A stretch of 64,000 nt of DNA from a virus. Its lineage: Duplodnaviria > Caudoviricetes. The notes beneath the pieces are model-generated. The model did no database searches and was not told the DNA's origin. It worked only from the letters and a program-made list of their open reading frames with translations. A program made the translations under genes and the position numbers. This document shows, one piece after another, positions 39,061-48,243 of the stretch (position 1 is the stretch's first letter; each line of letters starts with the position of its first letter). Location of the stretch: positions 6,448 through 70,447 of IMG/VR virus record IMGVR_UViG_3300020557_000009; one strand, 5' to 3'.

Positions 39061-39630
39061 CTAGAGGATATGGTCTGCAATGCCAAGTTCTACTGCTTCA
39101 TCCACAGTCAACCAAACATCACTTGGCGGTAAAAGTTTAGTCTTAATAACTCTAGTGGATAAATCGGTACATTCTTTGATAAGTTCGACCATACGATTAT
39201 TCATATTTTCATTTTCACGCAAAGATGCTTTAAGGTCGTGATACTTACCTTCGGTGTTTTCTGAGAATTGGTGGCAGAGAATGCTTGTGTTTTTTGCAAT
39301 ATATCTACGACCTTTGTCACCTGCTACAAAAATCATAAATGCGGCTGACATTACACTTCCCATTCCAATGGTTCGAATCGGATATTTAGAACTACGCATG
39401 ATATCAATCAACGCAAAAGCATCACACAAACTTCCACCCGCTGAATTGATATAGAGTGTAAGTTCTTTATCTTTATCATCGGTGTTCTCAAAAATAATCC
39501 ACTTAATTGCTTCTTTGATATTATCTTCATCGATTTCGCCATTGAGAACATGGATGTGATTTTTAAGTAAACCAAGACCAATAAGGTCATCGGCGCCAAG
39601 CGCCATATCGTGTATTTTAGGTATTGTCAT
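39061..39630 (-). CDS. clpP: ClpP-like protease subunit
   Basis: LYINSAGGS, TIGMGSVMSAA (catalytic Ser), ILCHQ (His), D.WL...EA.ELGIAD. Confidence 0.85.
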   Translation of the reverse strand: MTIPKIHDMALGADDLIGLGLLKNHIHVLNGEIDEDNIKEAIKWIIFENTDDKDKELTLYINSAGGSLCDAFALIDIMRSSKYPIRTIGMGSVMSAAFMIFVAGDKGRRYIAKNTSILCHQFSENTEGKYHDLKASLRENENMNNRMVELIKECTDLSTRVIKTKLLPPSDVWLTVDEAVELGIADHIL

Positions 39631-40561
39631 GTCTTGTATGCCAGTTATAAGCGGTTTGAATAATAGAGATTATATCATGCTTAGGTCGGTAAGTCAAGAC
39701 CTTTTCGGCTAAAGACACATCGGCAAATAGGAAAGGAGGGTCACCTGCCCGTCTGGATTCATACCTGAATGTTACATCTTGCCCGGTTACTTTTTTAACC
39801 AGGTTAACAATGTCTTGCACCGAATAACCTCTTCCAGTTCCTAAGTTTAAAATTTGAGATTGTTTACCATTTACTAAATGTTCTGCTGCCAAAACATGTG
39901 CATCGGCAACATCACTTACATGAACATAGTCTCTGACGCAAGTTCCATCAGGCGTTTCATAATCATTTCCGTAAATAGTGAAATTATTTAGATTTTGGAG
40001 AATCCTAGGAATCAAATGTGTTTCTGGTTCGTGGCACTCACCCATTTCGTTTTCAGGATCCGCACCAGCGAGATTGAAATAACGGAAGATAACATGTTCC
40101 ACACCAGAAAGACGAATCTCCAATTCAGCAGAATATTTACTTGCTGCATAAGGATTGTTCATTGGGTTTAATTCATCATCTTCACTTATTCGTGTATCTT
40201 TGGATTTGTAAAGACCTGCGGTAGACGAATAAACAATTTTATTCACACCCCAAAACTTCATAACATCTAAAAGGACATTTGTTCCGTGTGTATTATTAAC
40301 AAAAAATGTTTGTGGATATTTTACTGATTCACCAACTTCGATTCTTCCTGCCAAATGAAACACCACATCGATGTTCACCTTATCAAAAAGTAAATGTAAT
40401 GATTCACCATCTTTTATGTCACAAGGATGAAACAAATCAACATAACGATTGTCGGTGTGTTTTATATCAACACCTACAACCTTCCATCCTGAGTTTTTAA
40501 GGGATTTAGCTAAATGTGATCCAAGGTATCCTGAGACACCCGTAATTAATGCTGTTTTCAT
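39617..40561 (-). CDS. galE: UDP-glucose 4-epimerase
   Basis: Start MKTALITG at 40561; GxxGYLGSH, HLAG..EVGES, YSSTA, YAASK, FRYFN.AGA, ETHLIP, DGTCVRDYVHV.D.A.AH. Confidence 0.9.
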   Translation of the reverse strand: MKTALITGVSGYLGSHLAKSLKNSGWKVVGVDIKHTDNRYVDLFHPCDIKDGESLHLLFDKVNIDVVFHLAGRIEVGESVKYPQTFFVNNTHGTNVLLDVMKFWGVNKIVYSSTAGLYKSKDTRISEDDELNPMNNPYAASKYSAELEIRLSGVEHVIFRYFNLAGADPENEMGECHEPETHLIPRILQNLNNFTIYGNDYETPDGTCVRDYVHVSDVADAHVLAAEHLVNGKQSQILNLGTGRGYSVQDIVNLVKKVTGQDVTFRYESRRAGDPPFLFADVSLAEKVLTYRPKHDIISIIQTAYNWHTRHDNT

Positions 40562-41319
40562 ACTAATTGAATTCCCGGTCCTATGAAAATAGGTTCGTTT
40601 ATCTGTATCGGTTTCTTCGTAGAGTTCCACGGAAAGCTTTCACCATATTTCTGTCTTTGAATTTCATTACCTTCGTCAAAAAATTCTTTGTTGACAGAGT
40701 TTTCATTACCATCTAATCGATAACACATGGTGTGAGCACCAGTGCAATCATACTTTGGAAAATGATGGCGGATATTCTGAAAGAATTGTCTATCCGCACC
40801 CCATTGTCCATACCAAGATTGTCCTATACGGACTGCAACATCACGCTTAACGGCAAAAGATGAGGTGTCCACATGAAATACTTCATCATTAAAATAGACA
40901 GGCCATTTTCCAAGCGATTCGCAATTGTCCTCACAGAGGAAGTTACCTTGTTTATCATAAATTTTCCTTAGTGAAAATGCCCAATCATTTCCGTTTTGAA
41001 TTGTATTAACCAACTTTTTAACATGACAATTATCAAACCAGTTATCTTCATCCAAATAACAAATGATATCTGCATTGACCAAGAATGAACAGGCGGAATA
41101 AACACGATGACCATACCATCCTTTACCAACATTATCTTCTAAACGGATTGTTTTTACTTTGGATGCACCAACTAATTGTTCTTCAACCTTATCAAAGTAT
41201 TGAGACCCATCGATAAAAACATAATGGGTTAAATCTTCGTAAGTTTGTGAATCAACAGATGATAAACATTGACTAAGATGGTCACTACCAATTGTTGGTG
41301 TAACAACTGCAACTTTCAT
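40558..41319 (-). CDS. Glycosyltransferase family 2
   Basis: VVTPT, SV..Q.Y, FIDG, YLDED DxD motif. Confidence 0.8.
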   Translation of the reverse strand: MKVAVVTPTIGSDHLSQCLSSVDSQTYEDLTHYVFIDGSQYFDKVEEQLVGASKVKTIRLEDNVGKGWYGHRVYSACSFLVNADIICYLDEDNWFDNCHVKKLVNTIQNGNDWAFSLRKIYDKQGNFLCEDNCESLGKWPVYFNDEVFHVDTSSFAVKRDVAVRIGQSWYGQWGADRQFFQNIRHHFPKYDCTGAHTMCYRLDGNENSVNKEFFDEGNEIQRQKYGESFPWNSTKKPIQINEPIFIGPGIQLV

Positions 41320-41321
41320 AA

Positions 41322-41753
41322 TTACTTCCCAGATATAGCCTCTTGAATTAACTTCGTTGTTAAACCTTTGATACTCAAATTCTTTTTCAGCATCTTCAAT
41401 AGTAATTCTGATTCGGATGGATGTAATGCTTCTAAGACAACCTTCAATAGTTTCGTTTTCTTGGCATCATCATTTGCCAATTCAGAAGGTCGATTTGGAT
41501 GGTCTTTAATAAATCGGTATAACTTTGGAACTTCGAGGTCCAAATATGTAATGTTTAGACCGGCAGGTTCAACTGCGGGTCGCCATTCTTTTGGTGGGAT
41601 AACATCGAATTTTATATTAGGGTTAAAGGCATATTCCAAAAATTCTTGGAACTTTGGATGCCAATATTTTCTTAGAATTGCCATTTTATCGGCTTTGGTT
41701 TCAGCCTTTTCAAATTCTTCAAAAATTTCTGGAAATAGTTTAGCGTCAATCAT
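41322..41753 (-). CDS. Conserved T4-like hypothetical protein
   Basis: LEYAFNP, LEALHP.E.ELL...K. Confidence 0.6.
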   Translation of the reverse strand: MIDAKLFPEIFEEFEKAETKADKMAILRKYWHPKFQEFLEYAFNPNIKFDVIPPKEWRPAVEPAGLNITYLDLEVPKLYRFIKDHPNRPSELANDDAKKTKLLKVVLEALHPSESELLLKMLKKNLSIKGLTTKLIQEAISGK

Positions 41754-42601
41754 TAGAATTCATCAATCACTTCAATTAGGTTTTTGAGACGGTTCGCAAT
41801 CATATAATTCATAAACTCTTGCTTCGAATGATTTTTTGCGCTCTCATATGTATCTAGTATAGCGGCCTTGAGTTTATCAGGAATTTTAGATAAATCAATC
41901 AAAGTTTCGTTGCGAGAAAAATTACGCAACATATCTTCATTACAAAATTCTTTTGGTTCTTGATTCATCCAACCTATAATCTTCGCTTCTGTTATAGGTT
42001 TCTGCCTACCACCAACAACAAAAACATCATCAGGAGAAAGAATGTTAGGAATTCCATCACTCTTATCTCCTCGAATAATTAATTGTTTTAATTGTAAAGC
42101 AGGTAGAGGTTCTTTAATGTGTTTTTTCAAAATCGGTGAATACTGGTCAACATTAGGATACTTCTGCAATTGTGCAAAGTCTTTATCTGAGGACAGAATC
42201 ATTATCTTTTGTGTTGCCGAATATTTCATCACCAAAGCTGCAATAATATCATCTGCTTCACAAGTTTCTACTGTAACGACTTTGTAAGGAGAGTAATCAC
42301 GCAACTCATCACGAATTTTATTTAAACAATCAAAAATGGTTGGCCAATCATGGCCAGATGCCTCACGAGCTTTCTTACGACCCGCTTTGTAATGTGGAAA
42401 CAATTCACGGCGCCAATAGTTTTTGTTATCGCAAGCAATAACGACCTCAGGACCATGTGATTCTTTAAACTTCTTTATATAGGTACGAATGGTGTTCAAA
42501 ATCATATGGCGAACCAAAGATTCATCTACGGCAGTCCGAGACGAACCTATTTGTTCCATCAAATTAGAGATTGCTACCTGATTGAAATCAAAAATTATCA
42601 T
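41753..42601 (-). CDS. rnh: T4-type RNase H / 5'-3' exonuclease
   Basis: Start MIIFDFNQ at 42601; IACD..NYWR...FPHYKA.R, EADDII, SSDKDF.QLQ, GDKSDGIPN. Confidence 0.9.
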   Translation of the reverse strand: MIIFDFNQVAISNLMEQIGSSRTAVDESLVRHMILNTIRTYIKKFKESHGPEVVIACDNKNYWRRELFPHYKAGRKKAREASGHDWPTIFDCLNKIRDELRDYSPYKVVTVETCEADDIIAALVMKYSATQKIMILSSDKDFAQLQKYPNVDQYSPILKKHIKEPLPALQLKQLIIRGDKSDGIPNILSPDDVFVVGGRQKPITEAKIIGWMNQEPKEFCNEDMLRNFSRNETLIDLSKIPDKLKAAILDTYESAKNHSKQEFMNYMIANRLKNLIEVIDEF

Positions 42602-42650
42602 AATATATCTATTATAGTATATGTAGCAATAAAAGTGAGGCAAACATTTA

Positions 42651-43109
42651 TCATTCGCCTCGGTCTCTTTTGTCTACCTCAAAAATTAATTGGGTAATAA
42701 ACTGGTGGTCAAGTTCGGTAGAATTATTATCTTCAAACGGAATCACTTGAATTGAATCATCATTTTCATCATACCAAACCCAAATACAAACTTCTTCTTT
42801 TGGTCGATGTATCAATGCCCATGGTGTTTGGTCATGTTCAGGAAACTCTTTTAGTAATGAATCTTTGTGAATGAATACCGCAAAAGAAAGTTGAGTTGTA
42901 TCGCCCGCTTCTTCATATCGATATTCATTATCTTCGGTGTAATACTCCAAATCTGCATAACCATCAAAAATGATTTTCACACCAAATGGTGCTTCACCCG
43001 AATCATCACCAGGTCGTAATATGCCTTCATCCATTGTGCAAATGAATTCACGAACCCAACCTTCAATTACTTCAGAATAATCTCTTTCATCATTCAGATA
43101 TATCGTCAT
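42651..43109 (-). CDS. Acidic hypothetical protein
   Basis: Start MTIYL at 43109. Confidence 0.55.
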   Translation of the reverse strand: MTIYLNDERDYSEVIEGWVREFICTMDEGILRPGDDSGEAPFGVKIIFDGYADLEYYTEDNEYRYEEAGDTTQLSFAVFIHKDSLLKEFPEHDQTPWALIHRPKEEVCIWVWYDENDDSIQVIPFEDNNSTELDHQFITQLIFEVDKRDRGE

Positions 43110-43614
43110 CTTCATCACCATCGTTAGTGTGTTTATCACAAGCAGTATAATACCAACCACGACCTCTCATTTTACCAGGTGCGCCACAATCTTCACAAGT
43201 AACCGCACTTAGGTTTTCTGCAAAACGAATATAATTATAATGTTCATCAGTACCACGGTCAATATAAAATCTTAAAGTGCCCAACTTCTCTTTGACCTGA
43301 ACAACAGTAGGAACTTTTTCTTCCGCTTCTACCATTTTCAATCGTTTTTCTTCAACTTCTTCTGGTGTAATTTCTTTACCACCAACCCAAGGCCATTTTT
43401 TGTCGGTATCATAATATTCTTTGATACTTTCATATCTTTCTTTTGCCTGATTATATTCAGAACAAAGTAATGCCGAAAGTGTATCAATAATATTATACCA
43501 ACCTTCACCACAACAGAAACCCCAACACATGGCGGTCTCTGTCATAGGTGCATGGCGGTCACGATAAAGTAGAGGATACTTTTCTACCAATTGTTTATCA
43601 AGTTCTTTATGCAT
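43090..43614 (-). CDS. Hypothetical protein
   Basis: CGEGWY.II..L, QVKEKLGTLRFY, CEDCG.PG. Confidence 0.65.
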   Translation of the reverse strand: MHKELDKQLVEKYPLLYRDRHAPMTETAMCWGFCCGEGWYNIIDTLSALLCSEYNQAKERYESIKEYYDTDKKWPWVGGKEITPEEVEEKRLKMVEAEEKVPTVVQVKEKLGTLRFYIDRGTDEHYNYIRFAENLSAVTCEDCGAPGKMRGRGWYYTACDKHTNDGDEDDDISE

Positions 43615-43942
43615 AATCTAACTCGATCCAATTAGTTTCTTCTGGTAAAATATCAATCACAACATTCTTTTGTTTTAAATCTTCAATCATGCGATTCAAC
43701 ACACCAGTACCGTAACCATTGGCACCATATGCGTTTTTATGACAATGATAAACTGAACCAGAACTTCCTTCAAAAGAATACATATCATCTTCGGAGAATA
43801 CTTTAGTGATTCCTGAATTTAGTTTCCAAGAATCTGAACCAAGGTATCCACCATACCAACAAGCAAAAACTTTATGGACAGGTGGATAATCTCCACCTGT
43901 AATTTTGACAATTAACCATTTATCGGGTGTATAGTCACTCAC
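43607..43942 (-). CDS. Hypothetical protein
   Basis: Y.PDKW, WYGGYLGSDSWKLNSGI, F.G.SGSVY.C. Confidence 0.65.
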   Translation of the reverse strand: MSDYTPDKWLIVKITGGDYPPVHKVFACWYGGYLGSDSWKLNSGITKVFSEDDMYSFEGSSGSVYHCHKNAYGANGYGTGVLNRMIEDLKQKNVVIDILPEETNWIELDYA

Positions 43943-43943
43943 A

Positions 43944-44888
43944 TTAAACCTCCATATACTTCAATTGGAAATTATCAGCTCTTTGTTCGTAATCAATATA
44001 TCCACGAGGATTACAAACCACTCTGGTTGTTCCAATCATATAATCAAAATCTTCATGTGTATGTCCATGCGTCCACAATTTGATTTGTCGATGGTCAAGA
44101 ATGTATTCATCAAGGACAGAATTATAAGCACCATTCATTAGTGTATCATGCTTATATCGAGGATGCTCAGAACCCTTACTTGGTGCATGGTGTGTGCAAA
44201 CAACAAACTTCTCATCAAATCGACCTTCAATTACCGATTTCAAATAACCATACATCTTCTCAAAATCTTCAACTGCATCTTCAGGTGAAAAATGTCCAAC
44301 TTCTTGTTTTTTCTTTTTGCCAATTTCAATAAGTCCGCCACCTTCTTTAGTGACATACTTACTTCCATTTTTACCATCTTCTGTGTAATTGGGATTTAAT
44401 TCATAAATTGGAACCGTGCGAGTAACCATGCGATTACTATTCTTAACACATTGAAAGTCATTCATTCTTCTGCTAACATGATACATTGTCATTGGGTCGC
44501 TTTTGTTCATATCAGTCCACAAAGTTCCGCCAATAAATGTTACATCATCAATCTTTTTAGTTTCTTTATCGAGAAAATAAACATTACTCAACATATTAGA
44601 TTCTAACATTGATTTGATTTTGTTTCCACTTGTAGCAAAGTCACCGTGATAGTGTTCATGGTTACCCATAATATAAATTACATGCGGAAACTGAAAGGAA
44701 CATCGTTTAAAGAAATCAACAATACGATTACTTTTAGCGCCTTCCATAAAATTGTGTGGGTCTGGTCGACCAAGGTCAGCCGCCACACAGATATCACCGC
44801 TGAGGATTAACACATCAGCACTTTGTTCATTTTTTAAATGCAAGTCACCAAATTCAAGGTGAACATCACTCGCAAGTGCGATTCTCAT
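43944..44888 (-). CDS. Calcineurin-like metallophosphoesterase
   Basis: DVH, GD, GNHE, THH, HGHTH. Confidence 0.85.
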   Translation of the reverse strand: MRIALASDVHLEFGDLHLKNEQSADVLILSGDICVAADLGRPDPHNFMEGAKSNRIVDFFKRCSFQFPHVIYIMGNHEHYHGDFATSGNKIKSMLESNMLSNVYFLDKETKKIDDVTFIGGTLWTDMNKSDPMTMYHVSRRMNDFQCVKNSNRMVTRTVPIYELNPNYTEDGKNGSKYVTKEGGGLIEIGKKKKQEVGHFSPEDAVEDFEKMYGYLKSVIEGRFDEKFVVCTHHAPSKGSEHPRYKHDTLMNGAYNSVLDEYILDHRQIKLWTHGHTHEDFDYMIGTTRVVCNPRGYIDYEQRADNFQLKYMEV

Positions 44889-44906
44889 TTTTATTACCTT
44901 AATAAA

Positions 44907-45989
44907 TTATTTTACAACTCTAACAAGAATTATATCAGCGTTCAGTCTTCCTGTCAAGCCTGATTCAACTGCCCGAATATCATCTAAGGCATTGCGGAGA
45001 TAAACTTTGCCGCCTTTGACTATTTCAGGCATTGTTGCCTCAGGTTTTCGAAGTGTCTTTTGTACCGATTTACTTTCATTAAAGTTAATAATGGAAGAAC
45101 CTTTGACTGATAGACCATCGGCATCAATTGCATGATAACAACCAAGTTTTCGGTTCTTTGTATTGAACACCCACAATTGCATTGCACCGATTATGTCTTT
45201 GGCAGGAACAGATTTGAGTTTTAACTCTTTGTGTTCTTCCATGACTTTGATTTTTGCAACCAATTGTTCGGGTGTTTTTGATTTTCGTTTACGAGGTTTG
45301 CGAGATTTAACTGCCTCACCGGCAATCTTACCGCAATCTAAGATGACTTGGTCACACCAAGCAATGATTTTCTTTAACTGTGGTTTGGAGAAGTTGGAGT
45401 AACCTTCCTTGACTTCCGCATCATCAGTATGAAGCACATCATCAAATTCAATCCGCTTCGTCTTAAACCAATCGGAAATGTGTTTGGTATGCACACCTTT
45501 AATCTCCATGGTATGCATAACGGCATAAGGTGCCGAATTGGCAGAAAAACTTGAGATAATCAGTTCATCCAATTGACCTTCTAATTCACCAATACACTCA
45601 GATGCCTTCTCACGGATTCGGTCTTGTATATTAGGAACAACAATTTTAGGTTGTGCTTCAACCACCACTTTTTTGGGTGCATTTAATTCATCTTTAAGTT
45701 TTGTTATTATGTTTTCGAGCCAGATTTGGTCTTTGGCAGATAAAGAACCGCCATTCGAAATAATTCGACAAATGAAACCGAAAGTGGGAGATTGACTTTT
45801 GATTACCGAAGATACATCAAGTTTGTGTTTCTTTTTAAGGAAATCACAAGCCCATTTTTGAGCATCTTTGTTATCTTTGTTCTGAGAATACCATGATAAA
45901 GTTTTTATCAAATCTAGCTGAGACAGTTCAACCGAGAATTTCGGTTCTGTCCCAGCATAGACCATATTCACATCAGTAATTCTTGCCAT
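44907..45989 (-). CDS. Conserved T4-like hypothetical protein
   Basis: 360 aa; LWVFNTKNRKL..Y, KGSSI..F, KTLRKP, GRLN. Confidence 0.6.
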   Translation of the reverse strand: MARITDVNMVYAGTEPKFSVELSQLDLIKTLSWYSQNKDNKDAQKWACDFLKKKHKLDVSSVIKSQSPTFGFICRIISNGGSLSAKDQIWLENIITKLKDELNAPKKVVVEAQPKIVVPNIQDRIREKASECIGELEGQLDELIISSFSANSAPYAVMHTMEIKGVHTKHISDWFKTKRIEFDDVLHTDDAEVKEGYSNFSKPQLKKIIAWCDQVILDCGKIAGEAVKSRKPRKRKSKTPEQLVAKIKVMEEHKELKLKSVPAKDIIGAMQLWVFNTKNRKLGCYHAIDADGLSVKGSSIINFNESKSVQKTLRKPEATMPEIVKGGKVYLRNALDDIRAVESGLTGRLNADIILVRVVK

Positions 45990-46022
45990 TTTGAAATCTC
46001 ATAATGTTTCAATCAATTTATC

Positions 46023-46051
46023 ATTCTATCTAGTAATTTTCTACCTGTCAA
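46023..46051 (-). promoter_or_regulatory. sigma70 promoter
   Basis: TTGACA-17-TAGAAT. Confidence 0.7.
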
Positions 46052-46164
46052 GCCATATTAGGTAGAAAATCTGCCTTAACGGGTTGTATTCTTACTTATA
46101 ATCTTGTAAGGCAGATACCACATTTCTAGGCAAAATTTAACCCATGAATCAAAAGCGAAGTATA

Positions 46165-46665
46165 TCACAGTTCTGGCTCAAATGCAGGCGGAGGTGCAGC
46201 TTTACCACCGAAACCTGTAACTACTGGTGCAGGTGCCGAAAATGTGGGTGCAGGCGAACCAAACGGACTTGTCGTTGGTGATACAGGTGTAAATGGTTTA
46301 GGTGCAGACACACTTGATGTGGTCGGAGAAGGACTTACAGTTGTAGGTCTTGTTGCCGCTTCAAGTGCTTTCATTCGTGCATCTTTGTCATTACCTGCTA
46401 ACATGATACCAGAGAGAGTACCTGTTAAAAATGTGGCGATTGGAATAATCAACTCGAAGAATTTTTGGTCAATTGGTGAAATCGCATTAAGAGGTTGTGT
46501 AACAAAAATTAGTGAATATAAAACAACAAATACAATGCCAAACAAGGTAAGTGCCAAACAAATACCAATGAAGAATTTTAGACGAGCCATTAACTGCTCT
46601 TCGGTATACATAAAACTCTCAGGTTGTTTTTCTTCTTTATTAAAAATATTTAAGTTCATTTGCAA
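46165..46665 (-). CDS. Two-TM membrane protein with Pro/Ser/Thr tail
   Basis: FFIGICLALTLFGIVFVVLYSLIFV and LIIPIATFLTGTLSGIMLA. Confidence 0.65.
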   Translation of the reverse strand: MQMNLNIFNKEEKQPESFMYTEEQLMARLKFFIGICLALTLFGIVFVVLYSLIFVTQPLNAISPIDQKFFELIIPIATFLTGTLSGIMLAGNDKDARMKALEAATRPTTVSPSPTTSSVSAPKPFTPVSPTTSPFGSPAPTFSAPAPVVTGFGGKAAPPPAFEPEL

Positions 46666-46934
46666 TTCACTCCTGTTTGTGGTTGTGGTAGTTTTGATGT
46701 TGTTATTGGTGTTTCACCTTCTTTTGGAGGTCCAAGTCTTGGGTCTCTTTGACCTTTAAAAATATGTTCTGGACATGTTCTTGTTACATCACATGTTGGC
46801 AGTTTACAAATTTCTTTATCCCAATTTTTAGGGTCTTGGCAAGGATATCTAAATTGGTCTCCTGCAAAACAAGCTAATAATACAGGTAAAGCCAAAAGCA
46901 ACGCTAACCATTTTATAAGTTTTTTATCATTCAT
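46656..46934 (-). CDS. Cys/Pro-rich lipoprotein
   Basis: Lipobox-like LLAC after hydrophobic signal; YPCQDP.NW...C..P.C....CP. Confidence 0.6.
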   Translation of the reverse strand: MNDKKLIKWLALLLALPVLLACFAGDQFRYPCQDPKNWDKEICKLPTCDVTRTCPEHIFKGQRDPRLGPPKEGETPITTSKLPQPQTGVNCK

Positions 46935-46950
46935 TAATAAACACTCCTTA

Positions 46951-47424
46951 TTATTTTCCGGCTAATGGGTTGTCAATAGCCTTCTGGATTTTAGTATCAA
47001 TCTCTTTTCTAAGATTACGAAGGTCTTGGTCGGTTTCACGAGCTAACTGTTTGTTATCTCTTTCGACTTGTTCAACCACTTTCTCTAAACGGCGAATGTC
47101 GTTTTTGAGGTCATTTTTAATATCACGGGTGTAGTCAGTTGTTTTTGTGGAATTTTCCTCAATCACCGCTAACCTTTTATCAAATTCTGATAAATCTGGT
47201 GCAACATAGGTTGCAATTTTCTTTTGCATATCTTGGTATGATTTATATACCTCAAATGCTCCATACATGGTACCAATTACTGATGAAACAATACCTACAG
47301 CAATCATTAGTTTGGCAGGAGTAAATTCATAACCACCAATACTGATAACAGTATCTTTGCTGGCATATTGTTTTACTGCGCCTTCTAATTTATCTACCTG
47401 TTTGTTTAGGTCCTTTTCTGACAT
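46951..47424 (-). CDS. Single-TM coiled-coil protein, paralog B
   Basis: DTVISIGGYEFTPAKLM shared with 47433-48062. Confidence 0.65.
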   Translation of the reverse strand: MSEKDLNKQVDKLEGAVKQYASKDTVISIGGYEFTPAKLMIAVGIVSSVIGTMYGAFEVYKSYQDMQKKIATYVAPDLSEFDKRLAVIEENSTKTTDYTRDIKNDLKNDIRRLEKVVEQVERDNKQLARETDQDLRNLRKEIDTKIQKAIDNPLAGK

Positions 47425-47432
47425 ATTTCTCC

Positions 47433-48062
47433 TTACTGATTGGACAACGGATTATCCAATGCCTTTTTAATTTTATCATCAACCTCTCTACGCAATGCTC
47501 GAACTTCAGCAGTATTTTCTTTTTGATTTCTTACCATTTCAGAATTCATTTCTTTAATTGTCTGGTCGGAGTATCTACGAACTTCTTTCAAAGTGGCATC
47601 AACATCCTTTTTCATTTCTTTCATACTGTTATCAACTTCTTTTTTAATATCTTTTACTGTTGTATCGGTACTGCGTTGGTCTGTCTTACTGCTTCTTTCA
47701 AGATTTTCAACAACATTTTCAATTCTACGGATATCACCTTTTAAATCATTCTTAATAGATTCAGAATATTCAGTCATCTTGTTTGAATTTGCCTCAATAA
47801 CTTCCATCTTTTTATAGAGTTCCGACAAATCTGGACTGACATATTCGGCAATTTTTTGCTTCATACTCTGATAGTCTTTGTATATTTCAAATGCTCCATA
47901 TAAACCACCTAGTGTGGACGAAACAATTGTAAATGCAACCATTAGTTTAGCAGGAGTAAATTCATACCCACCAATACTAATAACGGTATCTGCACTAGCA
48001 TACTTTTTGGCTGCGGACTCTAAATCGTCAACCTTCTTATCTAAATTTTTTTCGTCTGACAT
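47433..48062 (-). CDS. Single-TM coiled-coil protein, paralog A
   Basis: Same N-terminus, longer coiled coil, ends KALDNPL vs KAIDNPL in paralog B. Confidence 0.65.
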   Translation of the reverse strand: MSDEKNLDKKVDDLESAAKKYASADTVISIGGYEFTPAKLMVAFTIVSSTLGGLYGAFEIYKDYQSMKQKIAEYVSPDLSELYKKMEVIEANSNKMTEYSESIKNDLKGDIRRIENVVENLERSSKTDQRSTDTTVKDIKKEVDNSMKEMKKDVDATLKEVRRYSDQTIKEMNSEMVRNQKENTAEVRALRREVDDKIKKALDNPLSNQ

Positions 48063-48072
48063 TTTTACTTCC

Positions 48073-48240
48073 TTAGTCCCAATGACCTTTTTTTAATGGT
48101 TGTTTTGTTTGTTGTGATGATTGTCTTTTAATCGTAGGTTTTAGTAACCTATTTTTTAATTCAATCACCAAATATGCGACATATAATGAAACTGCTAAAG
48201 ACAATACTGCTATAAAATAAGCAACAAATCCTATATCCAT
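48073..48240 (-). CDS. Small single-TM protein
   Basis: Not in ORF track; MDIGFVAYFIAVLSLAVSLYVAYLVI, 55 aa. Confidence 0.55.
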   Translation of the reverse strand: MDIGFVAYFIAVLSLAVSLYVAYLVIELKNRLLKPTIKRQSSQQTKQPLKKGHWD

Positions 48241-48243
48241 TTT

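Noticed and set aside
46951-48062. Diversity-generating retroelement template/variable repeat pair
   Set aside because: The similarity is protein-level paralogy with differences not confined to adenines; no reverse transcriptase in the window
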